Shown here in pieces: positions 27,036 through 36,624 of a DNA stretch of 42,426 nucleotides. Each line of letters begins with the position of its first letter. Position 1 is the first letter of the stretch. Source of the stretch: an uncultured Eubacteriales bacterium. GTDB lineage: Bacteria; Bacillota; Clostridia; Oscillospirales; Acutalibacteraceae. Below the pieces are notes generated by a model, which saw nothing but the letters and a program-made list of their open reading frames with translations, searched no databases and was not told where the DNA came from. The stretch lies in assembly GCA_900318715.1 (NCBI GenBank), contig ONLO01000155.1, forward strand, positions 1 to 42,426. The letters run 5' to 3'. The position numbers and the translations under genes were made by a program.

Positions 27036-27734
27036 TTACTGGACCCACTTGTAACCGATGCCCCAGATGGTAATGAGATGTTTCGGGGTGGACGGGTTGT
27101 CCTCCACCTTCATGCGTAGACGGCGGATGTTGACATCGACAATCTTTTCCTCGCCGTAATAGGATTCGCCCCAGACGTGGTGCAGGATGTCGTTGCGGGC
27201 CAGCGCCGTGTCCGGGTTGCTGAAAAAGTACTCCATAATCTGGAATTCGACCTGGGTCAGCTCAATGGGCGCCCCGTTCTTGGTCAGGGTGCGGCTGCGC
27301 AGGTTGAGTTCGAATTCGCCGAGATTGATCTTCTCGGACTCCTCGCGGTGAGAGCCTCGGACCATGTCCACGCGGCGGTAGACGGCGTCCACACGGGCCA
27401 TGAGTTCCGCCGGGGAAAACGGCTTGGTCACATAGTCGTCCGCGCCGACCAGGAGCCCGGTCACCTTATCCATTTCCTCGGTCTTGGCCGTCAGGATAAT
27501 AATGCCGACGCTGCTGCTCTTTTTGCGGATTTCCTTACAGACCTCAATGCCGTCCATTTCGGGCATCATGATGTCGAGCAGGGCGACGTCAATGCTGTCG
27601 CCGGCATCTTCAAAAATCTGAAGGGCTTCCTGGCCGTTCTCGGCCTCCAGTACGTTGTAGTTGCTGCGTTTGAGGTTGATGACCACAAATTCGCGGATGG
27701 CGGCTTCGTCTTCTGCTACTAATACCGTTCTCAC
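27036..27734 (-). CDS. OmpR/PhoB-family response regulator
   Basis: Receiver domain VLVAEDE...LLDIMMPEMDG...KPF, plus a winged-helix C-terminus (IWGIGYKW). GTG 27734 has GGAGG 7 nt upstream. The track start is TTG 27755. Confidence 0.9.
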   Translation of the reverse strand: MRTVLVAEDEAAIREFVVINLKRSNYNVLEAENGQEALQIFEDAGDSIDVALLDIMMPEMDGIEVCKEIRKKSSSVGIIILTAKTEEMDKVTGLLVGADDYVTKPFSPAELMARVDAVYRRVDMVRGSHREESEKINLGEFELNLRSRTLTKNGAPIELTQVEFQIMEYFFSNPDTALARNDILHHVWGESYYGEEKIVDVNIRRLRMKVEDNPSTPKHLITIWGIGYKWVQ

Positions 27735-27751
27735 AACAATTCCTCCGTCTC

Positions 27752-29155
27752 TCAATAAAATACGATATTCTTGGCGACCATGTCGTCGGTGTATTTCAAC
27801 GCCTTGCCGGCGCTGGTAATGCTGCCGAAGACAATAATGTCTCCGTTCTGCCGGCTGAAGGTGAAGGTGTCGTCTTTGTCCAGTTCCGTCTGGAGCTTGG
27901 TGACCAGGCTGAACAGCGGCTCGTTCTTGACGGTGCCGTCCGCGGAGCTGTAGACCGTGACTACGCCGGTCGACGGCTCCCGGTACGCCGTGAGGGCGTC
28001 CCGGACACCGGAGTTGACCCGGACCTCATAGTTCTCCGACGCGTTGGCAAAGCCGAACGTCCGCGGAATGAGGAAGCCCTTTCCGCCCTCGAAGACGAGG
28101 TCGGACCAGCCGATGAGCGGCAGGCGGACTTCGCTGCTTTCATCGGCGGAGCTGGCCGCGGGGGCCGCGGGGGCCGCGGCGCCGGACGACGCGGAACTGG
28201 AAGTGGGCGCTGCCACATCCATGCCGACCGGAATTTCCGGTTTTCCGTCCCCGTCCACGTCCTTGCAGCGGAGCCGCACCGGGCGCAGCGTGTAGGGGTT
28301 CGTCAGTGTGTCAACTTCCGTAAAGGGCGCAATGAGCGCCTGCTTGTCCGCATTCCAGTACAGGATTTCGGTAATCATGGAACCGGAGCCCTTGTAGGCG
28401 TCGAGGTAGGCAATGGGGCCGTTCTCCGTCTGCTCCAGCTGCAGCTCGTCGTAGCCGGAGACGTTGCTGTCCAGAATGGCTTTCTCTCCGTAGACCTTGA
28501 CCGAACCGGCGGAATTCATCTTGAGAAGGGATGCCGTCTGGCGGGTCGTCTTGTCCACGGTCTCCGGCGCCACCATAAGGATTTCCTCTACACCGTCCCC
28601 GGTGAGGTCCACGGGTTTCATGTAGCTGTATGGTTCGTCGGCCAGCGTCTTGAGCGTCAGGCCGTCCGACTTCTGCTGCAGCGTGTGGATGGTCAGGACG
28701 CGGGAAGCGTCGCTGTCCGTCAGCGTCCAGGAGAGGATGACGGCCGGCGGCCCGTCTTTACTCATGTGTCCGAGTTGGATGGATTCAATTTGGGCACCGT
28801 AACCGGCTTCATCGCCCACGCTGAACCATTCCTCGTCCTGCGAATCCAGAATATGGATGCGGACGGTACCGGGGTCCTCCTTGCGCGTGTAGAAAACCAG
28901 GGCCTCCCCGGACCCGTCCCGGTCCAGGTCGTATTTGACAAACGCGTTGCGCTCATGCCCGGCCATGGGGTATTGGAGCGAGTAGTCTTCGGTGCCGATG
29001 GCGCTGCGGAAGGCCGCCTCAATGAGGGCGTCCTCCCCCGTCCGCCGGGGCGGCATGAGGACCTCTTCCGGCGACTGGAAATTGTACAGCAGTACAATCA
29101 GCGCAATAATCAGCGCCACAATGGCCGCGCCTATGGCAATGACCTGTTTTCTCAT
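27752..29155 (-). CDS. N-terminally anchored exported protein of unknown function with three DxDxDG-like (FG-GAP/VCBS-like) motifs
   Basis: TM segment IAIGAAIVALIIALIVLLY. Motifs DLDRDGSGE, DLTGDGVEE and DVDGDGKPE. Ser/Ala/Pro linker APTSSSASSGAAAPAAPAASS. RBS AAGGAGA 5 nt before ATG 29155. I recognise no family. Confidence 0.7.
   Translation of the reverse strand: MRKQVIAIGAAIVALIIALIVLLYNFQSPEEVLMPPRRTGEDALIEAAFRSAIGTEDYSLQYPMAGHERNAFVKYDLDRDGSGEALVFYTRKEDPGTVRIHILDSQDEEWFSVGDEAGYGAQIESIQLGHMSKDGPPAVILSWTLTDSDASRVLTIHTLQQKSDGLTLKTLADEPYSYMKPVDLTGDGVEEILMVAPETVDKTTRQTASLLKMNSAGSVKVYGEKAILDSNVSGYDELQLEQTENGPIAYLDAYKGSGSMITEILYWNADKQALIAPFTEVDTLTNPYTLRPVRLRCKDVDGDGKPEIPVGMDVAAPTSSSASSGAAAPAAPAASSADESSEVRLPLIGWSDLVFEGGKGFLIPRTFGFANASENYEVRVNSGVRDALTAYREPSTGVVTVYSSADGTVKNEPLFSLVTKLQTELDKDDTFTFSRQNGDIIVFGSITSAGKALKYTDDMVAKNIVFY
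28154..28180. repeat. 3 x 9-bp tandem repeat (ggccgcggg) inside the 467-aa gene
   Basis: Read directly at 28154..28180. It is in frame and encodes the Ala/Pro linker. Confidence 0.8.
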
Positions 29156-29183
29156 AGCGCTCTCCTTCGGTCAGTGGGTTTCG

Positions 29184-30458
29184 TTACGGGTTCCGTGTCA
29201 GGCGGACGCGGGGTGTCCCGTAGACCCAGCAGTATTGGTTTCCGAGATCCAGGGTGACCGGCACGCGGAAACTGTCGGCGTCGTCCGGGTCAAGGTCCGA
29301 GACGTCCGCTTCCAGCTGGAATTCCGCGGGGTCCAGTTTTTCCAGTTCCTCTTCGGGACCGACCAGGGTCAGGGTCAGTTCCTCCGTTTCCAGTGTGTAG
29401 GACATGCCGTCCGGGACACCGGTCAGTTTCAGGTTTTCCGTGCTGACCGCAAAGGTCTCTGCGGCCAGGTCCCCGGCATCCACCACGACTGTGTACACGT
29501 CGTCTTCGTTCAGGGCAACGCCGTCCGTAATGTCGGAGGCCTTGTACGTAAAGGTGTTAATGCCCGGCTCCAGCTTGCTGAAGTCAATGTCCCCGAGGCG
29601 GATTTCATCCATGCCGCGGAGTTTGTCCGGGTCCACAGCCACGGCCATGGTCTCCGGGCGGATGCTGACTTCCAGCGGGTTGTCCACGTAATACGCGGAC
29701 GGGACGTTGGTGAAGCCGACGCCGACCGGAAGTTCGGTCTTCCGGTAAACCGGCACGGTAATGGTCAGGCTGTCCTCATTCATGCTGAGGTATTTGAGCT
29801 TTTTGCCGCTGCCGTCCAGAAAAGACACGGTTGCGTCCTCGGTAACGGAATGGCGGAGGTCGCTGTCCACCGAGACGGCCGCACGGACCGTTTCCAGCTT
29901 GTCCACTTCGGCCGTCGGGCCGCTGACGGTGACTTTCTCTTTGGAGAGGATGGGGTCGGTCGTCAAAAACCGGTCCGGGTCCACCAGGTCCCCGGGATGG
30001 GAGACCACCGGCGTGACCGTGACATCCACGCTCTTCGGCGTGTCAAAGTAGACGTCAATGGTGTCCTGGGACTTGCTGATAATGGTGTATCCGGCATCCG
30101 CGTTCTTCGGCGTGGCAATCAGGGTCAGGGTATAACGGCCCGGCGCATCCACGTAAGTGGTGACCGCCGTGACCACAAGGTCGTCGGCACTGAGGACGTT
30201 GTCGCCGATTTCGTAACGCTGTCCGGAGACCGTGACGTCCACATGGGCGTCTTCGGCGCCGAACGCTTTGTAGCCGAGCTGGGACGGCACGCTGTTGTCA
30301 ATGGAGACCGGTACGTTCCGTACCACCCGCTCCGTCTCCGGCGACCGCGTCAGGGACACGGACAGCCAGGTCAGCAGCGCAATGAGGACCGAGACAATGA
30401 TGAGGGTCCGCCGGTTGCCGAGCATCCGGGCAATGAGGGATCTGCGGTTACTTTCCAT
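29184..30458 (-). CDS. cdaR: YbbR-domain protein (CdaR, regulator of diadenylate cyclase)
   Basis: N-terminal TM followed by repeated YbbR-like beta modules, immediately downstream of cdaA. ATG 30458 has AGGAGG 8 nt upstream and overlaps cdaA by 11 nt. Confidence 0.8.
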   Translation of the reverse strand: MESNRRSLIARMLGNRRTLIIVSVLIALLTWLSVSLTRSPETERVVRNVPVSIDNSVPSQLGYKAFGAEDAHVDVTVSGQRYEIGDNVLSADDLVVTAVTTYVDAPGRYTLTLIATPKNADAGYTIISKSQDTIDVYFDTPKSVDVTVTPVVSHPGDLVDPDRFLTTDPILSKEKVTVSGPTAEVDKLETVRAAVSVDSDLRHSVTEDATVSFLDGSGKKLKYLSMNEDSLTITVPVYRKTELPVGVGFTNVPSAYYVDNPLEVSIRPETMAVAVDPDKLRGMDEIRLGDIDFSKLEPGINTFTYKASDITDGVALNEDDVYTVVVDAGDLAAETFAVSTENLKLTGVPDGMSYTLETEELTLTLVGPEEELEKLDPAEFQLEADVSDLDPDDADSFRVPVTLDLGNQYCWVYGTPRVRLTRNP

Positions 30459-31371
30459 CCTTGCCGCCTCCTTTCCGGAACCGGTCAAAGAACGTCGTCC
30501 TGTCCGCGGGTTCCGACTCCTCCGGCTCCTTCAGCAGCAGAGCGTTCTGCAGCATTTCACGGACGTCGCCGTCCGAGAGGTTCCGGTGCAGGCGTCCGCC
30601 CTCGGCAATGGACATGGCCCCGGTCTCCTCGGAGACCACGAGGACCACGGCGTCACTCTGTTCGCTCATGCCGAGCGCCGCGCGGTGCCGGGTGCCGAGT
30701 TCCTTGGCCACGTCGTTGTTGCGGGCCGTCAGCGGAAGGATGCAGCCGGCGGCGAAGATCCGGTTGTTGCGGATGACCGCCGCGCCGTCGTGGAGCGGCG
30801 ACTTCGGATAAAAGATGTTGCCGATGAGCTGGGAGGACACGGCCGCGTCCACCACAGTTCCTGTGTCAATGATTTCGCCGATGGGCGTCTCTTTTTCAAA
30901 GATGATGAGGGCGCCGACCTTTTCTTCGCTCATGTCCGCCGCAGCCGACGTAATGGCGTTGACGCTCTTGACGACGTCCCGGTTGTACTCCTCCACCTTG
31001 GCGCTGCTGCCGCGGGTGAACATGGAACGCAGCTGCAGCAGCCGGCGGCTGTTGCCGAGCTGTTCCATGAACTTCCGGATTTCCGGCGCAAACAGCACGA
31101 CCAGGATGACGAGGATGTTGTTGAAGATGCGGGAGAACAGATAGGCGCTGGCCTTCATGTCCAGGAGTAAGACGAGGACATAGGCAACCGCCAGGACCAG
31201 GAAGCCTTTCACAATGGTGATGGCCCGTGTGTCCTTGATAATTTTCAGGAAGTAATAGGCCACAACGGCTATAAGGAGAATGTCCAGCGTGTCACTCAGC
31301 CAGTGGTAGGTGGAAAGGACGCTGGCAATTCTGGAAAACAGGCCGGAGATGGCAAGACCAATTCCGCTCAT
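30448..31371 (-). CDS. cdaA: Diadenylate cyclase CdaA (DisA_N/DAC domain)
   Basis: Three N-terminal TM segments, with the DAC motifs LHDGAAV and GTRHRAA. ATG 31371 overlaps the ispF stop (ATGA). The first 40 codons of the track ORF are an over-extension. Confidence 0.9.
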   Translation of the reverse strand: MSGIGLAISGLFSRIASVLSTYHWLSDTLDILLIAVVAYYFLKIIKDTRAITIVKGFLVLAVAYVLVLLLDMKASAYLFSRIFNNILVILVVLFAPEIRKFMEQLGNSRRLLQLRSMFTRGSSAKVEEYNRDVVKSVNAITSAAADMSEEKVGALIIFEKETPIGEIIDTGTVVDAAVSSQLIGNIFYPKSPLHDGAAVIRNNRIFAAGCILPLTARNNDVAKELGTRHRAALGMSEQSDAVVLVVSEETGAMSIAEGGRLHRNLSDGDVREMLQNALLLKEPEESEPADRTTFFDRFRKGGGKDGK

Positions 31372-31847
31372 ACACTCACCTCTTCCAGAAGACACACGGC
31401 GTGGGCGGAAATGCCTTCGCCGGCGCCGGTGAAGCCGAGATGCTCCTCCGTGGTGGCCTTGACATTGACTGCCGAGGCCGGGAGGCCGCACGCACCGGCA
31501 ATGTTGGCGCGCATGGTGTCAATATAGGGACGCAGTTTCGGCGCCTGGGCAATGACCGTGGCGTCAATGTTGACCGCCTGGAAGCCCGCTTCCCGGACCG
31601 CTGCCACGACCTTCTGCAGAAGGACCAGGCTGTCCGCGCCCAGGAAGGCCGCGTCCGTGTCCGGAAACAGCTTGCCGATGTCGCCGAGCGCCGCCGCGCC
31701 CAGCAGGGCGTCCGAGACGGCGTGCAGCAGGACATCTGCGTCCGAGTGGCCGAGCAGACCCTTTTCGTAGGGGATGTCCACTCCGCCTATGATCATCCGC
31801 CGGTTCTCCGCCAGCCGATGAACGTCATATCCATGACCAATTCTCAT
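31368..31847 (-). CDS. ispF: 2-C-methyl-D-erythritol 2,4-cyclodiphosphate synthase
   Basis: [12 protein letters not shown]...[11 protein letters not shown]. Confidence 0.92.
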   Translation of the reverse strand: MRIGHGYDVHRLAENRRMIIGGVDIPYEKGLLGHSDADVLLHAVSDALLGAAALGDIGKLFPDTDAAFLGADSLVLLQKVVAAVREAGFQAVNIDATVIAQAPKLRPYIDTMRANIAGACGLPASAVNVKATTEEHLGFTGAGEGISAHAVCLLEEVSV

Positions 31848-31874
31848 GGGTTTACTCCTTTACCGCAATGGGTG

Positions 31875-32471
31875 TTACAGGGTCTCTACGTCAATGGAGA
31901 GGATGGTGACATCCTCCGCCGGTTTGTCCTGGAACCCGGTCTTGACGCCCGCAATGGCGTCCACCGTGTCCATGCCTTCATAGACCTGGCCGAAGACCGT
32001 GTGCTTGAAGTCCAGCCACGGGGTGCCGCCCAGTTCCTTGTAGTCGTCAATGCACGCCTGCGGGAACCCGCGGTTCGTGAGGCCCTCCATCTGGGACAGG
32101 AGCTGGGACTCCACGTCCTTCTTCTGGACAATGAAGAACTGGCTGCCGTTGGTGTGCGGGCCGGCGTTGGCCATGGACAGTGCGCCGCGGACGTTGTGGA
32201 GGTCCTCGTGGAACTCGTCCTCAAATGGGGCGCCCCAGATGCTTTCGCCGCCGCGGCCGGTGCCGGTCGGGTCTCCGCCCTGGATCATGAAGTCTTTGAT
32301 GACGCGATGGAAAATGATTCCGTCGTAGTAGCCGTTTCTGGCATGGGTCGTGAAATTTTCAACCGTCTTCGGCGCCTCTTCCGGAAAGAGCTTGACTTTG
32401 ATGGCGCCGAGCGTGGTGTTGATGACGGCCACGGTGTCTCCGGCGGACGGTTTTGCAGTCTGTTTGCTCAT
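31875..32471 (-). CDS. ppiB: Cyclophilin-type peptidyl-prolyl cis-trans isomerase
   Basis: [30 protein letters not shown] 32471 has AAGGAG 8 nt upstream. Confidence 0.9.
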   Translation of the reverse strand: MSKQTAKPSAGDTVAVINTTLGAIKVKLFPEEAPKTVENFTTHARNGYYDGIIFHRVIKDFMIQGGDPTGTGRGGESIWGAPFEDEFHEDLHNVRGALSMANAGPHTNGSQFFIVQKKDVESQLLSQMEGLTNRGFPQACIDDYKELGGTPWLDFKHTVFGQVYEGMDTVDAIAGVKTGFQDKPAEDVTILSIDVETL

Positions 32472-32487
32472 AGTGGGTACTCCTTTA

Positions 32488-33282
32488 TTACACAACGTCA
32501 GTTTCAATGCTGCGGAATTCGCCTTCATACGGTTCGCACAGGTTCAAGATGTACTGGTCCACAAGGTCCAGAAGCTCAATGTCGAACGGCAGGTCCCGGA
32601 CGAGGGCCAGCTGGTACCGGGGAAGGACCATGCCTTCCGGCGCCGGCTCCTTGGTCAGGCTGTCATAGGAGAAGCCCTTCTCCTTGGCGGCGTTGGCAAA
32701 GTCGAGGGCCGCCTGCCGGTTCGGGAAGACCACGTGGAAGCGGATTTTCCGCGGTGCGGTGCCGTTGTCCCCGTAGCCCCGCAGGGACCGGAGGATGCGG
32801 CGGTTCTCCATCTGCTTCTTCTGAAGCTCGTTCGGATAGAGGAACTCCAGATACTGCTTGCCCTCCGGGTCGTACTGGATGGTGTAGTCCAGCTGGCGGA
32901 AGGTCGTGTTCTTGGTCTGCTCCAGCATGGTCTTGCTGGTCTTGACCATGGACTGCGGAACGTAGATCATGAAAAAGACCATGTTCTGGGACGAGATGAT
33001 GCCCTGCCCGACGTAACGGCCTTTCAGATGCTGTCCAATGATGGAACGGATGTTGGAGACATGGGCGAGTTCCCCTTCCGTCACCAGTTCTTCACTGTCC
33101 GGGTCCGCGTGGATTTCCATCTGGACCTTGACGCAGTAACAGAACGCCTTGTTCGGAAGCGTTTTCTCGAAATTCATGTCACAGCTGATGAGAACAGGCT
33201 GCTTTGCAAACTTTTCGGTGTACTCGCTGAACTCCTGCGGGAGGACCGCCGGCGCACCGGAAGAGCTTTTGAACAAAGCCAT
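32488..33282 (-). CDS. DUF695 + RraB-like (regulator of ribonuclease activity B fold) two-domain protein
   Basis: ATG 33282 (MALFKSS) has GAAGGTGG upstream. The C-terminal half, [46 protein letters not shown], resembles the RraB/DUF695-associated domain (assigned from memory). The first 51 codons of the track ORF cover the promoter region. Confidence 0.6.
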   Translation of the reverse strand: MALFKSSSGAPAVLPQEFSEYTEKFAKQPVLISCDMNFEKTLPNKAFCYCVKVQMEIHADPDSEELVTEGELAHVSNIRSIIGQHLKGRYVGQGIISSQNMVFFMIYVPQSMVKTSKTMLEQTKNTTFRQLDYTIQYDPEGKQYLEFLYPNELQKKQMENRRILRSLRGYGDNGTAPRKIRFHVVFPNRQAALDFANAAKEKGFSYDSLTKEPAPEGMVLPRYQLALVRDLPFDIELLDLVDQYILNLCEPYEGEFRSIETDVV

Positions 33283-33320
33283 TTCAAACCACCTTCTCTG
33301 TTTAGAATATATACCGTAAT

Positions 33321-33349
33321 AGTTTAGCATAATATATAAAGGACTACAA
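33321..33349 (-). promoter_or_regulatory. Candidate promoter for the DUF695 to prmC gene string (TTGTAG, 17 nt spacer, TAAACT, with TG upstream)
   Basis: Minus strand reads TTGTAGtcctttatatattaTGcTAAACT. Confidence 0.4.
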
Positions 33350-33415
33350 GAAATCCGGGGCCCGAAAACCGTGTCTGAAATGGAAAACTTTTGTAAATAA
33401 TCCGCGAAAAAAATG

Positions 33416-33458
33416 TGCAAAAAGAAACAGGACACACGGTATGTTCCGCGTGTCCTGT
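33416..33458 (-). terminator. Rho-independent terminator after tRNA-Leu
   Basis: Minus-strand RNA reads aacaggacacgcg-gaacauac-cgugugugccuguu-like stem of 13 bp with one G-U pair, followed by ucuuuuu. Confidence 0.6.
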
Positions 33459-33545
33459 TGGTGCCGGTGACCGGGGTCGAACCGGTACGGTATTGCTACC
33501 GAGGGATTTTAAGTCCCTTGCGTCTGCCAATTCCGCCACACCGGC
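33459..33545 (-). tRNA. tRNA-Leu (anticodon UAA), class II with long variable arm, CCA encoded
   Basis: Manual fold. Acceptor GCCGGTG/CACCGGC. D-arm GCG-GAATTGGCAGA-CGC. Anticodon arm AGGGA-CTTAAAA-TCCCT. Variable arm CGGTAGCAATACCG. T-arm ACCGG-TTCGACC-CCGGT. 3' end ACCA. Confidence 0.9.
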
Positions 33546-33550
33546 GTGAA

Positions 33551-33570
33551 AGCCGGAAAGGATTTCCGGC
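33551..33570 (-). terminator. Weak hairpin between hisK and tRNA-Leu (possible partial terminator or processing structure)
   Basis: gccggaaa/tttccggc stem with only a short U-run. An extended -10-like TGcTAGAAT (33575..33583) lies just upstream on the minus strand. Confidence 0.3.
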
Positions 33571-33599
33571 AGTTATTCTAGCATAGGAGCCCTGGTTTT

Positions 33600-34406
33600 T
33601 CAACGCATGGCGGGAAGGTCCTCCAGCCTTGCAATGAGGTTGAGCCGGTACCTGGAAACCAGCTGCATGGCCTCGTCAAACCAGAACGTAATGTTCTCCT
33701 TCTCATGCGCGTCCGACGAGAGGATGACCGGGTGCTGCGCCTTGCCGATGAGGGTCAGCCATGCCGCCGACGGATAGGGTTCCGTGCGGTACCCGCGGAC
33801 CATGGCGCCGGTGTTGAGTTCTATGGCGGCCGGGGTCTCGAAAATCTGCTCCAGGGCAAGGGTGGCCGCCCGCTGATACCGGGCGTCGTCCGGGTTAAGC
33901 AGCGGGTCCCGGTCCAGGAACTTCGTCAGCAGGTCGAAGTGCGCTAAAATGGCGCAGTGAGTGCGTTCCCAGGTGCTTCCGACCTGGGAAAAATAGTCCT
34001 CCGCATAGGCGTACGGGTCCCCGCCGTAGAGGGTCTCCACCCCTTCGCGGACCCCCTCTGCCGAGAGGTCGACCGAGAGGTAGTTTCCGTCCGGAAACAG
34101 GCAGTGAACGGCGCCGATGCTGTACTCGTAGAGGTCCAGTTCGTCCGTCGGCGAGCAGATGTCCTGTTCAATTCCGAGCCGGATGGAAATCCGGTCTTTG
34201 TACGTTTCTCTGAGGCGATTCACTTCCCTGCGGTACTTCGCAGCGGTCTCCGGATTCATGTTCCAGTCGTCGTCGAACGGCAGGTAGGAATGCCCCGAAA
34301 ACCCCAGTTCCGGACAGCCGGCGGCAATGGCCGCAAGGACCATGTCCTCGGCCGTGTCCCGTCCGTCACAGAACGTGGTGTGGGTGTGGTAATTCGCGTA
34401 GTTCAT
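33600..34406 (-). CDS. hisK: Histidinol-phosphatase, PHP family (HisK/HisJ type)
   Basis: MNYANYHTHTTFCDGRD...GFSGHS...SSDAH. It is the last gene of the his operon. Confidence 0.85.
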   Translation of the reverse strand: MNYANYHTHTTFCDGRDTAEDMVLAAIAAGCPELGFSGHSYLPFDDDWNMNPETAAKYRREVNRLRETYKDRISIRLGIEQDICSPTDELDLYEYSIGAVHCLFPDGNYLSVDLSAEGVREGVETLYGGDPYAYAEDYFSQVGSTWERTHCAILAHFDLLTKFLDRDPLLNPDDARYQRAATLALEQIFETPAAIELNTGAMVRGYRTEPYPSAAWLTLIGKAQHPVILSSDAHEKENITFWFDEAMQLVSRYRLNLIARLEDLPAMR

Positions 34407-34409
34407 GGG

Positions 34410-35096
34410 TTACTCCGGATCCTGATCAGAGGCCATTTTTTCCTGTTTGACCTTGTGGTCAATAATGTGGCGGGACGCCAGCTCCTTGCGGATGTCGTCC
34501 ATGGAAATGCCGGCTTCCACCATGAGGACCATGACGTGGTACGCTAGGTCCGCAATTTCGTATACGGTCTCCTTTTTGTCCTCGTCCTTGGCGGCAATAA
34601 TGACTTCGGTGCTCTCCTCGCCCACCTTCTTGAGGATCTTGTCGAGGCCCTTTTCAAAGAGGTAGCTGGTGTAGGAGCCCTCGGGCATGGTCTCCTTGCG
34701 GCCCTGCAGCATTTCGTAGAGGCCGTCCACCGAGAATTCATGCCGTTCGTCACTCTGGAAGACCGGGTTCGTGAAGCACGAGTCTGTGCCGAGATGGCAG
34801 GCCGGGCCGTCCTTGTCCACCACGACGACCAGGGCGTCCTTGTCACAGTCCGCGGTAATGCTGACAATGTGCTGGTAGTTGCCGCTGGTCTCCCCTTTCA
34901 GCCAGAGTTCCTGGCGGGAACGGGACCAGAAACAGGTCCGTTCCTTCTCCACGGAAATGCCGAGGCTCTCCCGGTTCATGTAGGCCAGGGTCAGGACTTT
35001 TTTCGAGGTGGCGTCCACAATAATGGCCGGAATGAGGCCGTTTTCGTCGAATTTCAGTTCGTCGAGCCCGACGACGGTGTTGCTGCTCTCTGCCAT
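34410..35096 (-). CDS. hisIE: Bifunctional phosphoribosyl-AMP cyclohydrolase / phosphoribosyl-ATP pyrophosphatase
   Basis: GLIPAIIVD...[16 protein letters not shown]...CHLGTDSCF, then [12 protein letters not shown]...[16 protein letters not shown] 35096 has AAGGAG 6 nt upstream. Confidence 0.9.
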   Translation of the reverse strand: MAESSNTVVGLDELKFDENGLIPAIIVDATSKKVLTLAYMNRESLGISVEKERTCFWSRSRQELWLKGETSGNYQHIVSITADCDKDALVVVVDKDGPACHLGTDSCFTNPVFQSDERHEFSVDGLYEMLQGRKETMPEGSYTSYLFEKGLDKILKKVGEESTEVIIAAKDEDKKETVYEIADLAYHVMVLMVEAGISMDDIRKELASRHIIDHKVKQEKMASDQDPE

Positions 35097-35140
35097 GTTG
35101 TTCTCCTTTGGTTGGTGTTCTCTCACAGGTGGTCCGCGCC

Positions 35141-35899
35141 TCACAGCCGGACGTTGATGCCGTTCTTCCGCAGTTCCGCCTTGAGGTCCGGAATGGCCAC
35201 TTCTCCGAAGTGGAAAATGGAGGCCGCCAGGCCGGCGTCGACCTTGGGAAGGGCTTTAAAAAGCGTAATGAAATCCTGGATACAGCCGGCGCCGCCCGAG
35301 GCAATGACGGGCACGTCGACCGCGTTGCTGACCGCGTCGAGCATTTCAAGGTCAAAGCCCTGCTTGACGCCGTCGGTGTCAATGGAGTTGAGGACCACTT
35401 CCCCGGCCCCGTTGTCTACGCAGCGTTTGATCCAGGAAATGGCCTCCAGGCCGGTGTCCTCGCGCCCGCCCTTGGCAAAGACGCGGAACGCCCCGTCCAC
35501 GCGTTTGACGTCGGCGGAGATGACGACGCACTGGTCGCCGTACTTGCGCGCCGCCGCCGGAATGAGGTCCGGGTCCCGGATGGCGCCCGAGTTGACGGAG
35601 ACCTTGTCCGCGCCGCATTTGAGCACGCGGTCGAAGTCGTCCACGGTGTTAATGCCGCCGCCGACGGTCAGCGGAATGAAGATTTCCGAGGCCACGTGCG
35701 TGAGGATCTCCGTAAAGAGTTTACGGCCCTCAAACGACGCAGTTATGTCATAAAACACGAGTTCGTCGGCGCCGCAGTCGCTGTAGAATTTGCCGAGTTC
35801 CACCGGGTCACTGACGTCGTTCAGACCCTCGAAATTCACGCCTTTGACGACGCGTCCGTCCCGGACGTCCAGGCATGGAATAATGCGTTTTGTAATCAT
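35141..35899 (-). CDS. hisF: Imidazole glycerol phosphate synthase, cyclase subunit
   Basis: [23 protein letters not shown]...ASGGAG. ATG 35899 lies 2 nt after the hisA stop. The first 91 codons of the track ORF overlap hisA. Confidence 0.92.
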   Translation of the reverse strand: MITKRIIPCLDVRDGRVVKGVNFEGLNDVSDPVELGKFYSDCGADELVFYDITASFEGRKLFTEILTHVASEIFIPLTVGGGINTVDDFDRVLKCGADKVSVNSGAIRDPDLIPAAARKYGDQCVVISADVKRVDGAFRVFAKGGREDTGLEAISWIKRCVDNGAGEVVLNSIDTDGVKQGFDLEMLDAVSNAVDVPVIASGGAGCIQDFITLFKALPKVDAGLAASIFHFGEVAIPDLKAELRKNGINVRL

Positions 35900-35901
35900 G
35901 C

Positions 35902-36624
35902 TCACACCTGCTTTCCGGCAATGGCCAGCGCCTCGGGAAGCTTGATGTCCCCCGTGTAATAGGCCTTGCCAATAATGCAGCCGTAGAGGTCCATGGCGGC
36001 CAGCGCGCGGACGTCGTCGAGCGTCGAGACTCCGCCGGAGGCCGTAATGTCCATGGTGTAGGTTTCGCTCAGCCTGCGGTAGAGTTCCCGGTTCGTGCCG
36101 CGCATGGCGCCGTCCCGGGAAATGTCCGTGCAGATGAGGGTTTTCACGCCGAGCTCCTGCATTTCCCTGCAAAATGCTTCCAGCGTGTAGCCGGACTGTT
36201 CCGTCCAGCCCTTGATGGAGACGTAGCCGTCCCGGATGTCCGCTCCCACGGCGATTTGGCTTCCATAGGTATCCACCGCTTCCTTCAAAAAAGCCGGGTC
36301 CTTGACGGCCGCGGTGCCGAGGATGACGCGGTCAATGCCCGCGTCCAGATAGGTGCGGACGGTGTCCATGCTGCGGATGCCGCCGCCGATTTCCACGAAG
36401 AGACCCGTGTGTTCCGCCACGTCCCGGACGGTGCTGAGGTTCGGTGTGCCGCCGTCCCGGGCCCCTTCCAGGTCCACCATATGGATGTATTTTGCGCCGC
36501 AGCGCTCGAAGTCTTCGGCCACCTCCAGAGGATGGTCGCTGTAGACGGTCATTTGGGCGTAGTCGCCTTTGTAGAGGCGGACGGCCTTGCCGCCGACTAA
36601 GTCAATGGCCGGGAACAGGTTCAT
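35902..36624 (-). CDS. hisA: ProFAR isomerase
   Basis: [22 protein letters not shown]...EIGGGIRS...ASGGVS. Confidence 0.92.
   Translation of the reverse strand: MNLFPAIDLVGGKAVRLYKGDYAQMTVYSDHPLEVAEDFERCGAKYIHMVDLEGARDGGTPNLSTVRDVAEHTGLFVEIGGGIRSMDTVRTYLDAGIDRVILGTAAVKDPAFLKEAVDTYGSQIAVGADIRDGYVSIKGWTEQSGYTLEAFCREMQELGVKTLICTDISRDGAMRGTNRELYRRLSETYTMDITASGGVSTLDDVRALAAMDLYGCIIGKAYYTGDIKLPEALAIAGKQV

Noticed and set aside
35900-36172. N-terminal extensions of track ORFs, for example the first 91 codons of hisF, 45 of rlmN, 40 of cdaA, 51 of the DUF695 gene and 23 of scpA.
   Set aside because: They overlap the 3' end of the upstream gene in another frame and are Arg/His-rich junk. In each case an internal ATG/GTG with a proper RBS coincides with the conserved family N-terminus.
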